Source: Wolbachia endosymbiont of Dirofilaria (Dirofilaria) immitis
GTDB lineage: Bacteria; Pseudomonadota; Alphaproteobacteria; Rickettsiales; Anaplasmataceae
Reading direction: 5' to 3'
Assembly (NCBI RefSeq): GCF_013365455.1
Contig: NZ_CP046578.1
Coordinates: 540,001-572,000, forward strand
DNA: 32,000 nucleotides
The first letter of the stretch is position 1, and each line of letters opens with the position of its first letter. The notes below the pieces were generated by a model. That model worked only from the letters and a program-made list of their open reading frames with translations. It searched no databases and was not told the DNA's origin. A program made the position numbers and the translations under genes. Positions 9,779 to 20,563 of the stretch are shown one piece after another.

Positions 9779-12340
9779 TTAAACCTTTTTAATTAAGATT
9801 TCATTATTAAGGGCATATACTATTAACTCACTACCCTCTACTACTTCTTCTGCTAAAACTAACTTAGCTAGATTATTTTGAATACACTCCTGTATTACCC
9901 TTTTTAGAGGCCTTGCCCCATATTCAGGGTCATAGCCAGTTTGTGCTATTAATTCTTTAGCTTCCTGTGATAAACTTATACTTAGTTTAAGTTTAGCAAG
10001 CGTTCTTTGTAAATGAGAAAACTGAACATCTATTATTCTATAAATATCATCCTTAGTTAAGCTGTGAAATATAATAACCTCATCTAACCTATTTAAAAAT
10101 TCTGGACGAAATGCTAGCTTAACTATTTGCATCACTTCACTTTTCACAGAGTCAGCAATTCCCTTTAGCATTATTTCAGCACCAAGATTAGAAGTTAAAA
10201 TTAGTATAGTATTACGAAAATCAATCAATTTACCGTGGCTATCAGTCAGCCTACCTTCATCTAAAACCTGCAACAATAGGTTAAATATATCCGGATTTGC
10301 CTTTTCTATTTCATCAAATAAGATCACCTGATATGGTCTCCTTCTCACTGCTTCAGTCAATCTTCCTCCTTGTTCATAGCCAATATACCCTGGAGGTGCA
10401 CCAATCAGCTTTGAGACAGAATGTTTTTCCATATATTCAGACATATCAAAGCGCAAAAGTGCTCCTTGGTTATCAAACAAAAACTCAGCAAGAACTTTTG
10501 CTAGCTCAGTTTTTCCAACTCCAGTTGGACCCAAAAATAAAAATGAACCAAAGGGACGATTAGTATCTTGCACACCAGAACGAGAGCGCCTAACTGCATT
10601 ACTTACTGCTTCTATCGCATCCTTCTGCCCTATCACCCTTTTCCCTATTTCATTTTCCATGCTAAGAAGCTTTTCTTTTTCACTGTGCATCATACTATCA
10701 ACCGGAATACCTGTCCATTTTGAAACAATATTTGCAATATCATTTTCAGCAACTTCTTTTTTTAGAAAACTATCAGTAACTTTCTCCTGTTTTTTTAACT
10801 CATTTTCAAGCTGAGGAATTATACCATACATCAACTCCCCTGCTCTTCCTAAATTTCCACTGCGCTGAGCCAGTTCCAACTCTTTTCTAGCGCTATCTAA
10901 TTTCCCAGCCGTTTCTTGTATTCTAGCTATCCTACTCTTCTCCATCTGCCATCTGCTGTTTAAATCAGCAAATTTGCTATTAAAGGTTTCGATTTCTTCA
11001 TTTATCTTTTTTAAACGCTGCTTAGAATTTTCATCATGCTCTCTCTTTAAAGCTTCTGACTCAATTCTCAGCTGTATTATCTTTCTCTCAAGTTCATCAA
11101 TGACTTCAGGCTTACTATCCATTTCAATTCTCACCCTGCTTGCTGCTTCATCAATCAAGTCAATCGCCTTATCAGGTAAAAATCTGTCTGTTATATACCT
11201 ATTGGAGAGCGTTGCAGCAGCAATTATCGCACCATCTGTAATTCTTATACCATGGTGCACCTCATATTTTTCCTTCAAACCCCTGAGTATTGAAATGGTA
11301 TTAGCTTCAGTTGGTTGAGAGATAAACACAGGCTGAAAACGTCTTGCAAGTGCAGGATCTTTCTCTATATGTTCACGATACTCATCTAATGTTGTAGCTC
11401 CTATACAGCGAATTTCCCCACGTGCAAGAGCAGGTTTCAGCAGATTTGAAGCATCCATTGCACCACTTGTTGCTCCTGCTCCAGCCAAAGTATGAAGCTC
11501 ATCTATAAACAAAATAACTTTTTCTTCCGTTTTTACAAGCTCATTAATAACCGCTTTTAGCCTTTCTTCAAACTCTCCTCTAAATTTTGTTCCAGCAATT
11601 AATGCGCCAAGATCTAAGGCTAAAACCTTAGCATCACGTAAACCAAGCGGCACATCGTTTGTAACAATTCTATTTGCTAATCCTTCCACTATTGCAGTTT
11701 TTCCAACACCAGGCTCACCTATTAGCACTGGATTATTCTTTGTCCGCCTGAGTGATACCTGTATAGTCCTTCTAATCTCATCATCACGACCAATCACAGG
11801 ATCAAGCTTGCCTTGCATAGCAAGCTCCGTAACATCCTTTGTATATTTCTTTGATACAGTCAACTTTCCCCTTACTGTCAGCGGGACTGTACTATTATCT
11901 TTCCTCATTTCTGTAATAACTGAGTTCAACCTCTGCTGTGTAACACCATTTTCTGCTAGAATCTTACCTACAGTATCACTCTTTTGTGCAGCCAAACTCT
12001 GCAGTAATTGCTCAACAGTAACAAATGTGTCTTTATTCTTCCTAGCAATACTTACTGAATCTTCAAAAACTCTTGCCATTTCTCTTGAAAGTTGAAGGCC
12101 ACTACTCCCTGGACCTTCAACTACTGGAATTTTTTTTAGCGCACTATTTATAGCATCAGAGATACCATGTATATCACCGCCACAAGCTACTATCAAATCC
12201 TGAACCAAATCCGATTCATCTTCAAGCATTACTTTTAGTAAATGCTCAGGCACAAAAACTTGATGCCCAGCTCCCAACGCTTTCATTTGAGCACCTTGGA
12301 TCAGACTCTTTGCTTTTTCAGTAAATTTATTCAAATCCAT
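9779..12340 (-). CDS. clpB: ATP-dependent chaperone ClpB
   Basis: 853 aa; Walker A GEPGVGKT and [44 protein letters not shown], coiled-coil middle domain, and C-terminal PEFLNRLDE. Confidence 0.97.
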   Translation of the reverse strand: MDLNKFTEKAKSLIQGAQMKALGAGHQVFVPEHLLKVMLEDESDLVQDLIVACGGDIHGISDAINSALKKIPVVEGPGSSGLQLSREMARVFEDSVSIARKNKDTFVTVEQLLQSLAAQKSDTVGKILAENGVTQQRLNSVITEMRKDNSTVPLTVRGKLTVSKKYTKDVTELAMQGKLDPVIGRDDEIRRTIQVSLRRTKNNPVLIGEPGVGKTAIVEGLANRIVTNDVPLGLRDAKVLALDLGALIAGTKFRGEFEERLKAVINELVKTEEKVILFIDELHTLAGAGATSGAMDASNLLKPALARGEIRCIGATTLDEYREHIEKDPALARRFQPVFISQPTEANTISILRGLKEKYEVHHGIRITDGAIIAAATLSNRYITDRFLPDKAIDLIDEAASRVRIEMDSKPEVIDELERKIIQLRIESEALKREHDENSKQRLKKINEEIETFNSKFADLNSRWQMEKSRIARIQETAGKLDSARKELELAQRSGNLGRAGELMYGIIPQLENELKKQEKVTDSFLKKEVAENDIANIVSKWTGIPVDSMMHSEKEKLLSMENEIGKRVIGQKDAIEAVSNAVRRSRSGVQDTNRPFGSFLFLGPTGVGKTELAKVLAEFLFDNQGALLRFDMSEYMEKHSVSKLIGAPPGYIGYEQGGRLTEAVRRRPYQVILFDEIEKANPDIFNLLLQVLDEGRLTDSHGKLIDFRNTILILTSNLGAEIMLKGIADSVKSEVMQIVKLAFRPEFLNRLDEVIIFHSLTKDDIYRIIDVQFSHLQRTLAKLKLSISLSQEAKELIAQTGYDPEYGARPLKRVIQECIQNNLAKLVLAEEVVEGSELIVYALNNEILIKKV

Positions 12341-12540
12341 AATATAAACTTAACCTATACTTACTAGTATATATAGCAACTCCTTCCCCAATTTTAAACT
12401 GAAAGCTGTTCACCATTAGGTAAAAATTTACCTTAATGCATGCAACTTAAACTTTATGCTCATATATACAGTAAACTCTTAAAGGTTATGTAAATCCAAG
12501 AACACCCTATATGTTGCAACTAAGGCTTGTCAAGTACCTT

Positions 12541-13413
12541 TCATACCGGAAGATGATAAGCCTTGAGCTTGCTAAAAGCTTCTTCAGCATGATATGATGA
12601 CCTAGTTAATGGACTTGATGCAACCATTAAGAACCCCTTAGAATAAGCAATGTATTTATAATGCTCAAATTCCTCCGGAGTAATGTATCTATCAACTTTT
12701 GCATGCTTTGAAGTTGGCTGTAGGTATTGACCTATCGTTATAAAGTCAACTTCAGCATTTCGTAAATCATCCATAACCTGAAGCACCTCTTCTTTTGTTT
12801 CTCCAAGACCAACCATGAGTCCTGATTTTATAAAAAGTTTAGGATTAATCTGCTTTACCATCTTCAGCAAATATAACGAATGAAAATAACGAGCCCTTGG
12901 CCTTATCTTTGCATATAATCTTGGCACTGTTTCAATATTGTGATTATAGACATCAGGTGATGCAATAGCAATCGCTTCAAATGCACCTTTCTTATTCAAA
13001 AAATCAGGAGTCAAAATTTCTATTGTTGTTTTCGGAGTGATTTTTCTAACTTCTTCTATACATTTTATAAATTGATCTGCACCCCCATCTGGTAAATCAT
13101 CACGATTAACAGAAGTAATAACAACATGTTTCAAATTTAACTTTTTTACTGCCTTTGCTAAATTTTCTGGCTCATGAGGATCTAATTTATCAGGTGTACC
13201 AGTTGCAATATTGCAAAATGCACAAGCACGAGTGCAAACAGAACCAAGAATCATCACAGTAGCATGACGTTTATTCCAGCATTCACCAATATTTGGACAG
13301 GCAGCTTTTTCACACACTGTATGTAAGTTATACAACTTAACAGTGTTTAAGGTTTCATTAAATGTTTCACCAGCTGGAACTTTTGTCCTGAGCCATGGAG
13401 GCTTATTATACAT
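12541..13413 (-). CDS. lipA: Lipoyl synthase (radical SAM)
   Basis: 290 aa; auxiliary cluster [12 protein letters not shown] and radical [16 protein letters not shown], plus [14 protein letters not shown] and a C-terminal [15 protein letters not shown] serine motif. Confidence 0.97.
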   Translation of the reverse strand: MYNKPPWLRTKVPAGETFNETLNTVKLYNLHTVCEKAACPNIGECWNKRHATVMILGSVCTRACAFCNIATGTPDKLDPHEPENLAKAVKKLNLKHVVITSVNRDDLPDGGADQFIKCIEEVRKITPKTTIEILTPDFLNKKGAFEAIAIASPDVYNHNIETVPRLYAKIRPRARYFHSLYLLKMVKQINPKLFIKSGLMVGLGETKEEVLQVMDDLRNAEVDFITIGQYLQPTSKHAKVDRYITPEEFEHYKYIAYSKGFLMVASSPLTRSSYHAEEAFSKLKAYHLPV

Positions 13414-13720
13414 CTGAAGCGATTAACCCTACCTCTTGCTTTGCTAAAACTTTTTTTAATCTCCTTTTTATTTTCTGTGCTTTCTTACTTAATTTAACCG
13501 CTTTTGTGGTAAGCAAAAAAGCATCAAGATCGCCTTTATAAGCTATAGTTCTTAAAGTTCTTGCTGCTACACGAAACTTAAATTTTTCATTCAATATGTT
13601 ACTCATCAATGTGACACTATGCAAATTCAAGAGAAAGGCGCGTTTTGTTTTATGATTTGAATGTGATACCTTATTACCAAAAGATTTCTTTCTATTTGTT
13701 AGCTCGCAAATTCTACTCAC
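13406..13720 (-). CDS. rpmB: 50S ribosomal protein L28
   Basis: 104 aa; [33 protein letters not shown]... followed by [21 protein letters not shown], both typical of L28. Confidence 0.92.
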   Translation of the reverse strand: MSRICELTNRKKSFGNKVSHSNHKTKRAFLLNLHSVTLMSNILNEKFKFRVAARTLRTIAYKGDLDAFLLTTKAVKLSKKAQKIKRRLKKVLAKQEVGLIASDV

Positions 13721-13757
13721 TTTGATATACCAAATTACCCCATGTACCTAGACTACT

Positions 13758-14099
13758 TTATATGGTAAAATAGTCAACACTCTCTTGCCTAATTTTTATA
13801 TTAAATACTGCTTTATAGCCAAAGAATACCGTGATTCTTTCTATCATAAGAGAGGTCATATGCTGAATTTCAAGTGCTTTACCACCATTTATTACTGTCA
13901 GATATACCACACCTGTATTTACATTTTGTACATAGGAAATCTTTTTTGGCTTTGTACACTCTGCTATCTCTACTCCAACTATGCTTCTCCAGTTTAAAAT
14001 AAGACATATTTCATTTTTACTCATCTTACCCTTCATGCATTTCAAGGCATAACTTTCTACTACAGATTTTAATTCCCTCAGGTTACTGTGTTTGAGCAT
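13758..14099 (-). CDS. DUF721/DciA-like protein
   Basis: 113 aa; pattern ICLILNWRSIVGVEIAECTKPKKISY...GVVYLTVINGGKALEIQHMTSLMIERITVFFGYKAVFNIKI matches the general DUF721 layout (W..IVG..IA....P, hydrophobic strand, helix ending in G). Confidence 0.6.
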   Translation of the reverse strand: MLKHSNLRELKSVVESYALKCMKGKMSKNEICLILNWRSIVGVEIAECTKPKKISYVQNVNTGVVYLTVINGGKALEIQHMTSLMIERITVFFGYKAVFNIKIRQESVDYFTI

Positions 14100-14984
14100 T
14101 TTTTTACCATAAACTCTTTGATAATTACAAAATAGTGTGATAGGTATATTATTATAAGCTCCAGTAATTATATCAACAACAAAATTAGTTTACATAATAG
14201 ATTCGATAAAGTAACCCAATTGAACAGCTACTACCTCAGAATTAGCATGATAAAAAGATGACCAATCTAAGATAGATTACGTATAACACACTTAAACTTT
14301 TCTATTAAACCACCTTCATCATCTACTAACTCTATCTAAATTGCTTATGTAGAACTAAAAAAATTATTGCAAAACAACCAGTAAATAAATTACTTATTAG
14401 TAATACTAAAATATACCCCATGGAGACATATAGTATACAAAATATTCTGCACTATAAAATAGTTTTTTATCATCCTTTCATCTTGCTATAGATCAAAAAT
14501 CCTTGCATTTTCAGTAAAATATGCTAGAATATAACTTTACTTTTTAGTTTCATACTGTAAAAAAGCAATATTTTATGGAAAGTTTATACTAAAACAGCAT
14601 TTGTTAAATATATTGCAACTATTTCACCTACTAAGTTTCTATGCTGCTATTCTTATTCTACAATTGATTAACCTTCTCCAGTTCCAATTAGCATTAGTTT
14701 AACCATTATTAACTAGAGTGAATTTTCTTCTCTCATTATTATCTTAACCTTAACACTAGAAGCCAGAATTTTACTTATAAGCAAGCATATCAAGTTAGTG
14801 AACATAAATGTACCTTCTTATGCTAAGAGAAACTTCTTTGATAAAAGAATAGCAAGCCTGACACTATTACCAATTACCTACACAGTATCTCTCTGGCAAA
14901 TTCAAATTACAGCAGCCACATAGATATACACCACATATTAGAGCAGTAACCAAGATCATTCAATAGTGGCTACTATTTTTATAG

Positions 14985-15179
14985 TCAAGACCTCTCCTCA
15001 ATCCAAGCCACTTGAATAGCCTCAAGTATTTTTTCATTACAACGTTTTTCATCATCATCAAACTTTTCTAAACTTAAGACTTTTTTTTTAAGCTCAGTAA
15101 ATCTGATATTAATTACATCCTCATCTGGAAATTTCTCTTCTAAAGCTTCTATAATGCTTTCTATATCAAGCCATTTCAT
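14985..15179 (-). CDS. iscX: IscX (YfhJ)-family Fe-S assembly protein
   Basis: 64 aa; MKWLDIESIIEALEEKFPDEDVINIRFTELKKKVLSLEKFDDDEKRCNEKILEAIQVAWIEE. The pattern FPD.D...IRFT......L..FDDD....NEKILEAIQ..W..E is diagnostic. Confidence 0.88.
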   Translation of the reverse strand: MKWLDIESIIEALEEKFPDEDVINIRFTELKKKVLSLEKFDDDEKRCNEKILEAIQVAWIEERS

Positions 15180-15201
15180 ACTTTTCGCACCCTTTTAAAA
15201 C

Positions 15202-15288
15202 TGGTGCCCATGGGGAGACTTGAACTCCCAAGGCCATAAAACCCACGGATTTTAAGTCCGCTGCGTCTACCGATTCCGCCACACAGGC
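15202..15288 (-). tRNA. tRNA-Leu (anticodon UAA), CCA encoded
   Basis: Reverse complement gcctgtgtggcggaatcggtagacgcagcggacttaaaatccgtgggttttatggccttgggagttcaagtctccccatgggcacca. The acceptor stem GCCTGTG/CATGGGC pairs over 7 bp with two G-U, the anticodon arm is GCGGA-CTTAAAA-TCCGT, the T-arm is GGGAG-TTCAAGT-CTCCC, and there is a long variable arm (class II). Confidence 0.95.
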
Positions 15289-15300
15289 CTTTTTTTTATC

Positions 15301-15915
15301 CTACCTAGAATAAAATTCTACTACCAAATTAACTTCCATGTTTGCTGAGTAAGGAACTTCAGAATACTGAGGTACTCTTAGATACTTCACTGAATACTCT
15401 TTACTGTTTATTTCTAAATAGCCCGGAGCTTTGCGTTCTTGTTTTTCTGTAGTCTCTATTACTATAGGAATTTTTACTGCGCTCTCCCTTATTCTTACTA
15501 TATCACCAGGCCTTACTCGATAACTCGATATATTAACCACTCTACCATTAACTGTAACATGCTTATGAGATATGAGCTGCTTTGCTGAGTAGATCGTTGG
15601 CACAAGACCAGAATGATATAAAATAGCACTCAATCTTGATTCCAAGATACCAATAAAATTATCAGCTGTATAACCTTTTCTGTTATAAGCATCTAAAAAT
15701 ATACGCCTGAGTTGCTTACTTGAAATTGCATAATAAAACTTAAACTTCTTATGCGCAGCAAACTGCTTACCAAAATCAGATAACCTTTTGAATCCAAGAA
15801 TACCATGCTGGCCTGGAGGATATTTCCTTTTGTTTACTGGATCTTTTACCCTACCCCACAAATTTACGCCAAGCCTACGGCTGATTCTATACTTTCTACT
15901 AATAATAGTTGTCAT
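15301..15915 (-). CDS. rpsD: 30S ribosomal protein S4
   Basis: 204 aa; [25 protein letters not shown]-equivalent [43 protein letters not shown], and C-terminal VVEFYSR. Confidence 0.97.
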   Translation of the reverse strand: MTTIISRKYRISRRLGVNLWGRVKDPVNKRKYPPGQHGILGFKRLSDFGKQFAAHKKFKFYYAISSKQLRRIFLDAYNRKGYTADNFIGILESRLSAILYHSGLVPTIYSAKQLISHKHVTVNGRVVNISSYRVRPGDIVRIRESAVKIPIVIETTEKQERKAPGYLEINSKEYSVKYLRVPQYSEVPYSANMEVNLVVEFYSR

Positions 15916-16027
15916 ATAAAACTCTCACAATCTAACTTTAGATCATTAAGGATTTCAACATTAAGTGTCAACTTGTTTTTATTAATATAATATATTACAC
16001 TTCACCTTTAAGTTTCCTTATCAATAT

Positions 16028-18052
16028 ATGAACCATCTACTTCTGAAATCTATGGCAAACGCCGTCCGTTTTTTGTCAATTGATGCAATACAAAAAGCAA
16101 ACTCCGGACACTTAGGTATGCCACTTGGCATGGCGGATATTGCAACTGTCTTATTTACTAAATATTTTAACCATAACCCTGATAATTCTAAGTGGTTTAA
16201 TAGGGACCGTTTCGTTCTATCAAATGGTCATGGTTCAATGTTACTATATTCCATACTATACCTAACAGGTTATATCAATATAGATGAATTAAAAAATTTT
16301 AGGCAATTCAAATCCAAAACTCCAGGTCACCCAGAATTTGGCTTAACCCCCGGAGTGGAAGCAACAACAGGTCCACTAGGGCAAGGATTTGCTATTTCAG
16401 TCGGTATGGCACTTGCTGAATTAATTCTTGAAAAGCAGTTTGGAACTCATCACTACACTTATGTAATGTCAGGAGATGGTTGTCTTATGGAAGGAATAAG
16501 TCACGAAGCAGCATCACTTGCTGGACATCTTAAATTGAATAAGTTGATAGCTTTTTTTGATGACAATGATATTACCATAGACGGTGCTACTAGCCTTTCC
16601 TGCTCTGATAATGTAAAAGAGCGCTTCTTAGCATATGGATGGAATGTCAATAAGATTGATGGACATGATTTTAACTCTATATCGCTTGCAATTAAGCAAG
16701 CACAAAAGTCTGATAAACCTACACTAATCTGTTGCAAAACTATCATTGGAAAATTTTCAATCTGTTCTGGTACAGCTTCCGCTCACAGTGGTGCTTTTAC
16801 AGAGGAAGACATAAAACAAATAAGAGAAAAATTAAATTGGAATTACGAACCATTTTACGTACCAGAAAATATAAAAAATGCCTGGATTAAAACAGTTAAG
16901 AGAGCAAAACAAAACTATAATTCAATGTTATTTCAGCATATGGCTAAAGAAGAAAAAAAAGAATGGATCTCAGTTTATGATACTAAAATAACAAGATATA
17001 ATGCAGAACTTCAAAGACGGCTAGATAAACGTTTACCAGACAATATTGAAAGCGATCTAACAAACTTAAAGAAACAAATACACAAAACGATGCCAAGTGA
17101 AGCTACACGATCCTCTTTTGGAAAGGTAATGGAGTTTTTAACTGAGTCTATGCCAGAATTAATTGGAGGATCTGCTGATCTTACCGAATCAAATTGCACT
17201 AAATATAAGCATATGAAGATAATAAATAGAAATAATTATAATGGTTCTTACCTCCATTATGGAGTAAGAGAACACGCTATGGCAGCCTGTATGAATGGCA
17301 TGGCTCTTCATGGTGGTATTATTCCTTATGGCGGCACTTTTTTAGTATTTTCTGATTATTACCGTCCCGCTATACGCCTTTCAGCTTTGATGAAACAGCA
17401 AGTTATATATGTAACGACTCACGATTCAATTGGAGTAGGAGAAGATGGCCCAACTCATCAGCCGATAGAGCATTTATCCTCTCTTCGAGCTATACCAAAT
17501 CTATATGTTTTTAGACCAGCCGATGCAATTGAAACTTTAGAATGCATTAGTATAGCATTGAAAAAAAAGGAATCACCTACATTATTTGTGCTTTCAAGGC
17601 AAACCGTGAATTACACGCGCAAATTCCACTTTGACATTGGTCAATCTGCTAACTTATCGAAGCTTGGTGCATATATTTTATGTGAATGCTCAGAAAGATT
17701 AGAAGTAACTATATTTGCTACCGGATCTGAAGTTGAAACTGCAGTCGAAGCAAGAGAAAAATTACAGGAAAAAGGCATAGATACAAGAGTTATTTCTATG
17801 CCATGTTGGAGACTTTTTGATGAGCAAAGTAACGAGTATAAAAAGGCAATATTAGATAATGACAGCATCAAAGTTGCAATTGAAGCTGGAAGTGAAATGG
17901 GCTGGCACAAATATATAGGTTCGAACGGTATATTTATTGGCATGAAAAGCTTTGGAAAATCAGCACCTTACAAAGTACTTTACAAGCATTTTAACATTAG
18001 TGCTGATCATGTAGTAAAATGTGTGTGTGAGAAGCTAATTCATGCTAAGTAG
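16028..18052 (+). CDS. tkt: Transketolase
   Basis: 674 aa; NSGHLGMPLGMADIATVLF, RFVLSNGHGSMLLY, TPGHPE, TTGPLGQG, GDGCLMEGISHEAASLAGHL, HDSIGVGEDGPTHQPIEHLSSLRAIPN. Confidence 0.97.
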   Translation: MNHLLLKSMANAVRFLSIDAIQKANSGHLGMPLGMADIATVLFTKYFNHNPDNSKWFNRDRFVLSNGHGSMLLYSILYLTGYINIDELKNFRQFKSKTPGHPEFGLTPGVEATTGPLGQGFAISVGMALAELILEKQFGTHHYTYVMSGDGCLMEGISHEAASLAGHLKLNKLIAFFDDNDITIDGATSLSCSDNVKERFLAYGWNVNKIDGHDFNSISLAIKQAQKSDKPTLICCKTIIGKFSICSGTASAHSGAFTEEDIKQIREKLNWNYEPFYVPENIKNAWIKTVKRAKQNYNSMLFQHMAKEEKKEWISVYDTKITRYNAELQRRLDKRLPDNIESDLTNLKKQIHKTMPSEATRSSFGKVMEFLTESMPELIGGSADLTESNCTKYKHMKIINRNNYNGSYLHYGVREHAMAACMNGMALHGGIIPYGGTFLVFSDYYRPAIRLSALMKQQVIYVTTHDSIGVGEDGPTHQPIEHLSSLRAIPNLYVFRPADAIETLECISIALKKKESPTLFVLSRQTVNYTRKFHFDIGQSANLSKLGAYILCECSERLEVTIFATGSEVETAVEAREKLQEKGIDTRVISMPCWRLFDEQSNEYKKAILDNDSIKVAIEAGSEMGWHKYIGSNGIFIGMKSFGKSAPYKVLYKHFNISADHVVKCVCEKLIHAK

Positions 18053-18512
18053 ATTTCTTATATAACATATGAAATCCTCTTCTTTCTTCTGCTTTAGTAC
18101 ATGACGCACAACTGTATAAATTAAGATTTAAAAACAGGAGAACAGAACTACTCAACAATCTTTACCTAGCTTTCCTATTACAGAGTACTGAAGCTACCCA
18201 TTTACCTTTAGTCTATGTAGATTAAATAGAAAAACAGCATATTTAATACATCAAATGAATCATATATTTTCTAAATCTAAAGTTTTTTCATTTTCCACCT
18301 ATAATAAGGTGAAACGCGCTTATAAAGCGCTCAAGACATTAAAACCGCTGATGCTACAAGATAAGGTAGTGAATAACTAGTTGTTCAGAATTTCTTTCTT
18401 TTGCCTTTTCTTCTTTACTTGATAAAGCTCTTAAGACAATCTAAGAGGCATAGAGAACTACAAAAGCACCATATTCAAAATACAAGCTCTTCTCTAGATT
18501 ATATAAGAAAGT

Positions 18513-19349
18513 CTATTGCTTAATAATAATACACCTTTTCATCCCTGTTAAATCGTACACATATTCTTGAAAAAATAACCCATACAAAGGAATTATTTTA
18601 TCAATATTACTTTGATCTTCACCTATTTCCAATATTACAAATCCATTTCTCCTAAGGCACCTTCTCAATATTTGAAAGATACTCAAGTAACAGTCCAAGC
18701 CATCAACACCACCATCAAGAGCCATTCTAGGTTCCTTCTGTACTTCAGCTTGCAGATCTTTCAACTTATTTCTTTTGATATATGGAGGATTACTAATTAT
18801 AAGATCAAATGAGCCTCTGCACTCCGTCCATGAACTTGGAAGTATTTTAGCTCTACTAAGCAAGTTATGCTTTTTTACATTCTGGCAGGCAACTTTATAT
18901 GCCTTTAAACTCTTCTCAAAACCGACACCAACAGCATATTCATACTCACTAAGCAAGGATATCAGTAAGCAACCCGTACCTGTGCCAAAATCTGCAATTT
19001 CTAATCTCTGTTTTTTGTTTGGGTAGCATTTTAACACTGCTAAAATTATTGTTTCACTGGCTGGTCTTGGATCCAAAACATGCTGATTAACTATAAAATT
19101 TTTACTCCAGAACTCACGTTTACCTACTATTTGCGATACCGGATACCTTTCTGCTCTTCTTCTTGTTAATTTCCAAAATATCTGTTCTTTCTCTATTGGT
19201 ACTTGATTAGTATAGTTCATAATTATAAATGATCTTTCCACACCAAGAACGTGCTGCATTATGATTTCACAATCCAAATATGGTGATTCAACTTTATGCA
19301 ATGATAACAGTTTCGATCCCTCTTGGATTAAAGTGCTGATCGTTTTCAT
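18513..19349 (-). CDS. prmC: Peptide chain release factor N5-glutamine methyltransferase
   Basis: 278 aa; PVSQIVGKREFWSKNFIVNQHVLDPRPASETI, IADFGTGTGCLLISLL, and the NPPY catalytic motif in FDLIISNPPYIK. Confidence 0.93.
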   Translation of the reverse strand: MKTISTLIQEGSKLLSLHKVESPYLDCEIIMQHVLGVERSFIIMNYTNQVPIEKEQIFWKLTRRRAERYPVSQIVGKREFWSKNFIVNQHVLDPRPASETIILAVLKCYPNKKQRLEIADFGTGTGCLLISLLSEYEYAVGVGFEKSLKAYKVACQNVKKHNLLSRAKILPSSWTECRGSFDLIISNPPYIKRNKLKDLQAEVQKEPRMALDGGVDGLDCYLSIFQILRRCLRRNGFVILEIGEDQSNIDKIIPLYGLFFQEYVYDLTGMKRCIIIKQ

Positions 19350-20563
19350 TACTTTAAAAACTTGACCTTCTTAATTGTACACAAACATTATGATTTAAGC
19401 CTACTAAAAAAAACACTGCATTCTCCCCATTATTCAAAGTAACTGATACTAGAGATCTAATTTTCATCACACAACTCTACCAAAAACAGTACATCAATTT
19501 GCAACTAAGTTTTGTAAACCCCAGCATCAGCTACTTAAGTGATACCTTGTAGATATATAAGTGCAAAACTTAAGCTTAGAGTAACTCTGTACTAAACTCT
19601 AGTGTCAAACAAAGTTACAACCTCTGTCCACTTCAATTTTACCATCAATTCATGAAGCCTTTCCCCCTAACCTTATTAAGGACCCCACATTTTTTCAGCC
19701 TAGTATTTAAATTATACCATACACTTGATAAAGCTGAATTAAAACTTCTATCAATCTGTCTTGTTTCATATACATTATCTCACTAATTCTCAAACCATTC
19801 CACATTATATAAATCTCCTACTCCGTGTAGCATGCTTTCAAACATTCTTCTTGCTTAGGCTAAACTTTGGCAAACCTTCGCTAATATCAACAACCATTCT
19901 CTAATATACACATGTTCAGTTGCTTCCCGACACGTGCTTCTCCAAATGAATATTTCACTTTTTTCTTATGTAATAATTTCGAAAGTTTTTATGATTAGGC
20001 ACTACCTACCTATATTTTTATGTCACTAATCACACTAGCTATTGGCTTATTTATCTTTCTCAAGCTCTTCCGTTATTTTTTTTGATGCACTTCAGTACTA
20101 AATACCCAATTTTTGCAAAAAATTACCACAAACAATACATTTTACAATTTACTCACCTGTACACAACCTATTTCCTTTTAAAACTAATCAACAAATAGTC
20201 GTTAAATCTCTTTATTAAAAATAATTTACTTATATTTAAAACCTTTCTCACTATCAAATTATAAAATTATAAAATAGAATAGAGATTCTTTTTAATTACT
20301 AATTTTCGCTATTGCTGTTCTGTTATCTTATTATTTCTATTGATATCTATTGATACAGAGATTTACTACGATTGCGCCCACAATATTACCTTAACAACTA
20401 ATACTACAAAATAAAAGTGTAAAACTTGATACTTAACTTTTACTTACTGGCACTGTGATTTGCATAGTGAAATATAGAAGTACTATACTAGTCTTATTTC
20501 TGTATTAAAACTTTAACTCCTAGCTCGTTATTAGTAATATCATTGTATAAATACCTATAACTT

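Noticed and set aside
9779-12340. Antisense ORFs inside clpB (10297..10563, 10974..11318, 11808..12095)
   Set aside because: Shadow ORFs of a conserved gene; no domain resemblance.
13785-13997. 70-aa plus-strand ORF opposite the DUF721-like gene
   Set aside because: Antisense to a more convincing ORF; no recognisable features.
16501-17943. Minus-strand ORFs opposite tkt (16501..16746, 17011..17199, 17641..17943)
   Set aside because: Contained in the tkt CDS and without recognisable motifs.
18310-18470. Loose similarity between AAAGCGCTCAAGACATTAAAACCG and AAAGCTCTTAAGACAATCTAAGAG near the 3' side of tkt
   Set aside because: Too short and imperfect to call a repeat by eye.
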